Made by a program: the position numbers and the translations under genes. DNA of 64,000 nt from Thermoplasmata archaeon (GTDB lineage Archaea > Thermoplasmatota > Thermoplasmata > RBG-16-68-12 > JAGMCJ01): NCBI GenBank assembly GCA_046761005.1, contig JBHIFI010000002.1:1914-65913 (forward strand), written 5' to 3'. Of the stretch, positions 63,007 to 64,000 are shown piece after piece (the first letter of the stretch is position 1; each line of letters opens with the position of its first letter). The notes beneath the pieces were generated by a model, which saw only the letters and a program-made list of their open reading frames with translations, was not told where the DNA came from and made no database searches.

Positions 63007-64000
63007 TTATCTCAACGGAAAGATGGGATCCAACTTCCTCAATCTCCGATTCGGAATCACTGCCATTACGTCAGTGTAACCAGGAAGGCCCCCGCTCTTG
63101 GCCATGAATCTCTCTTCGTTTCCTCCTAGGGCATACTGAATGTAAGCGATCCTGCATTCTCTTCTGTATTTTCTCTTCGCGAAGTCTATCAAATCGTAAC
63201 AAGCCATTTCCTCTCCTGGAACATAAGAGAGATCGGAGAGGTCAAGAATCTTCAGAAGAGAACCCTCCCTTATTCCCAGTCGAAAAAAAAGGTTGGCGAG
63301 TTTCACTTTCCAGGAAAGTCTCGTGATAATCATCTTGGTGATATACCATTGTCTCACAGCTCTCAATGTTGCGACTATTCCTTCATTTCTCTCTGCAACG
63401 TAGAAGCTACCAAGCGACCTCTTCTTAATCTTGTAACGACTCATGAGCCACTTCTCTGTCACTTCGGGTTTGAAGTTATGTTTATCGTAGAATGATGAGA
63501 TAATCTCGGTCATATCTTCAAGGTCGTTCTCTGTGGCCTCTCTCAGCAATGCGCCAGAGGCCATCTTGCGCCTTCTCATTGTCAGGATCCTGAATCCGAA
63601 CCCACCCACTCTGGAGAAACCGCACTTCTGGAATGTTCTGAGTGAAGCCAGGTTCTTCCCAATAACAACAGCCCAGAAGATTTCTGCCCCCTCCTCCATT
63701 CCCCTGTCGATGGCGCGAGATATGAGAGAACTCCCAATCCCCTTTTTTCTGTATTGCGGATGGACTCGTAGGCTTGAGATGTAACCACACCTGCGATGGT
63801 TCCCGTTCACATATAGATTGTCGAGAGTGCAAAAAACCGCTCCCACTACCCTACCGTCTTCTTCTGCCACATAGGGGAAGAAATTCTCCGAGTCAGGGCG
63901 GCGTATGTAGGTCGGCCTCCTGTCAACGTAATATGAAACTAGACCCTCCTCAGGAGCTATTCTATCAAGCTCAATGAGTTCCTCATTGTCTTCTGGTTTA
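63007..64000 (-). CDS. GNAT-family N-acetyltransferase with a second GNAT-like C-terminal half; 5' end lies beyond the window
   Basis: Motif A RRCGYISSLRVHPQYRKKGIGSSLISRAI. The frame remains open upstream of the ORF-track GTG (63870) through to nt 64000 (...KPEDNEELIELDRIAPEEGLVSYYVDRRPTYIRRPDSENFFPYVAEEDGRVVG...), which supplies the expected N-terminal beta-strands. Confidence 0.65.
   Translation of the reverse strand, partial: KPEDNEELIELDRIAPEEGLVSYYVDRRPTYIRRPDSENFFPYVAEEDGRVVGAVFCTLDNLYVNGNHRRCGYISSLRVHPQYRKKGIGSSLISRAIDRGMEEGAEIFWAVVIGKNLASLRTFQKCGFSRVGGFGFRILTMRRRKMASGALLREATENDLEDMTEIISSFYDKHNFKPEVTEKWLMSRYKIKKRSLGSFYVAERNEGIVATLRAVRQWYITKMIITRLSWKVKLANLFFRLGIREGSLLKILDLSDLSYVPGEEMACYDLIDFAKRKYRRECRIAYIQYALGGNEERFMAKSGGLPGYTDVMAVIPNRRLRKLDPIFPLR

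Overview
This window looks like a chromosomal segment from an archaeon with roughly 50% GC. It carries archaeal/eukaryote-type information-processing genes: a family-B DNA polymerase, TFB, primase PriL, Gar1, ribosomal protein L15e, tRNA-splicing endonuclease, thermosome, CDC48 and an archaeal-type GAPDH. The gene content resembles an uncultured Thermoplasmatota-like, peptide-degrading euryarchaeon, but that assignment is tentative. I call about 52 protein-coding genes and 2 tRNAs (Leu-CAG on the minus strand, Thr-GGU on the plus strand). I see no rRNA and no CRISPR array. Many genes start with GTG/TTG or overlap the upstream gene by 4 nt, and promoters are archaeal TATA boxes such as TTTATATA.

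The most notable features are:
- Three giant surface proteins that form the accessory/adaptive content of the window. One is a 1201-aa protein with cytoplasmic TPR and zinc ribbons, one TM helix and an extracellular BNR/Asp-box domain; its N-terminal zinc-ribbon array has no usable start codon and is probably frameshift-fused to the upstream TPR ORF. One is a 2752-aa S8 subtilase with WD40 repeats, in an operon with a membrane-anchored oligopeptide-binding protein but no ABC permease. One is a 1270-aa FG-GAP protein with an archaeal type-IV-pilin (class III) signal peptide, next to a divergent winged-HTH/AAA ATPase regulator.
- A 133-bp element present as two 100% identical copies. It has short terminal inverted repeats and locus-specific 9-11-bp flanking direct repeats, so it looks like a MITE. 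Both copies sit 18-19 bp upstream of a TTTATATAGAAGA TATA box, one before the thermosome-grpE-dnaK-dnaJ gene string and one before a COG1395 HTH regulator.
- A lower-GC islet beside tRNA-Leu. It holds a DDE transposase, an RHH/RelE toxin-antitoxin pair, a bacterial-type DUF1186/SEC-C protein and a hypothetical protein.
- A protein-quality-control neighbourhood: thermosome, Hsp70 system, CDC48, and an rqc2(NFACT)-htpX operon.
- A PPAT-DUF84 NTPase fusion gene.
- A ThiI-like protein with a degenerate PP-loop.
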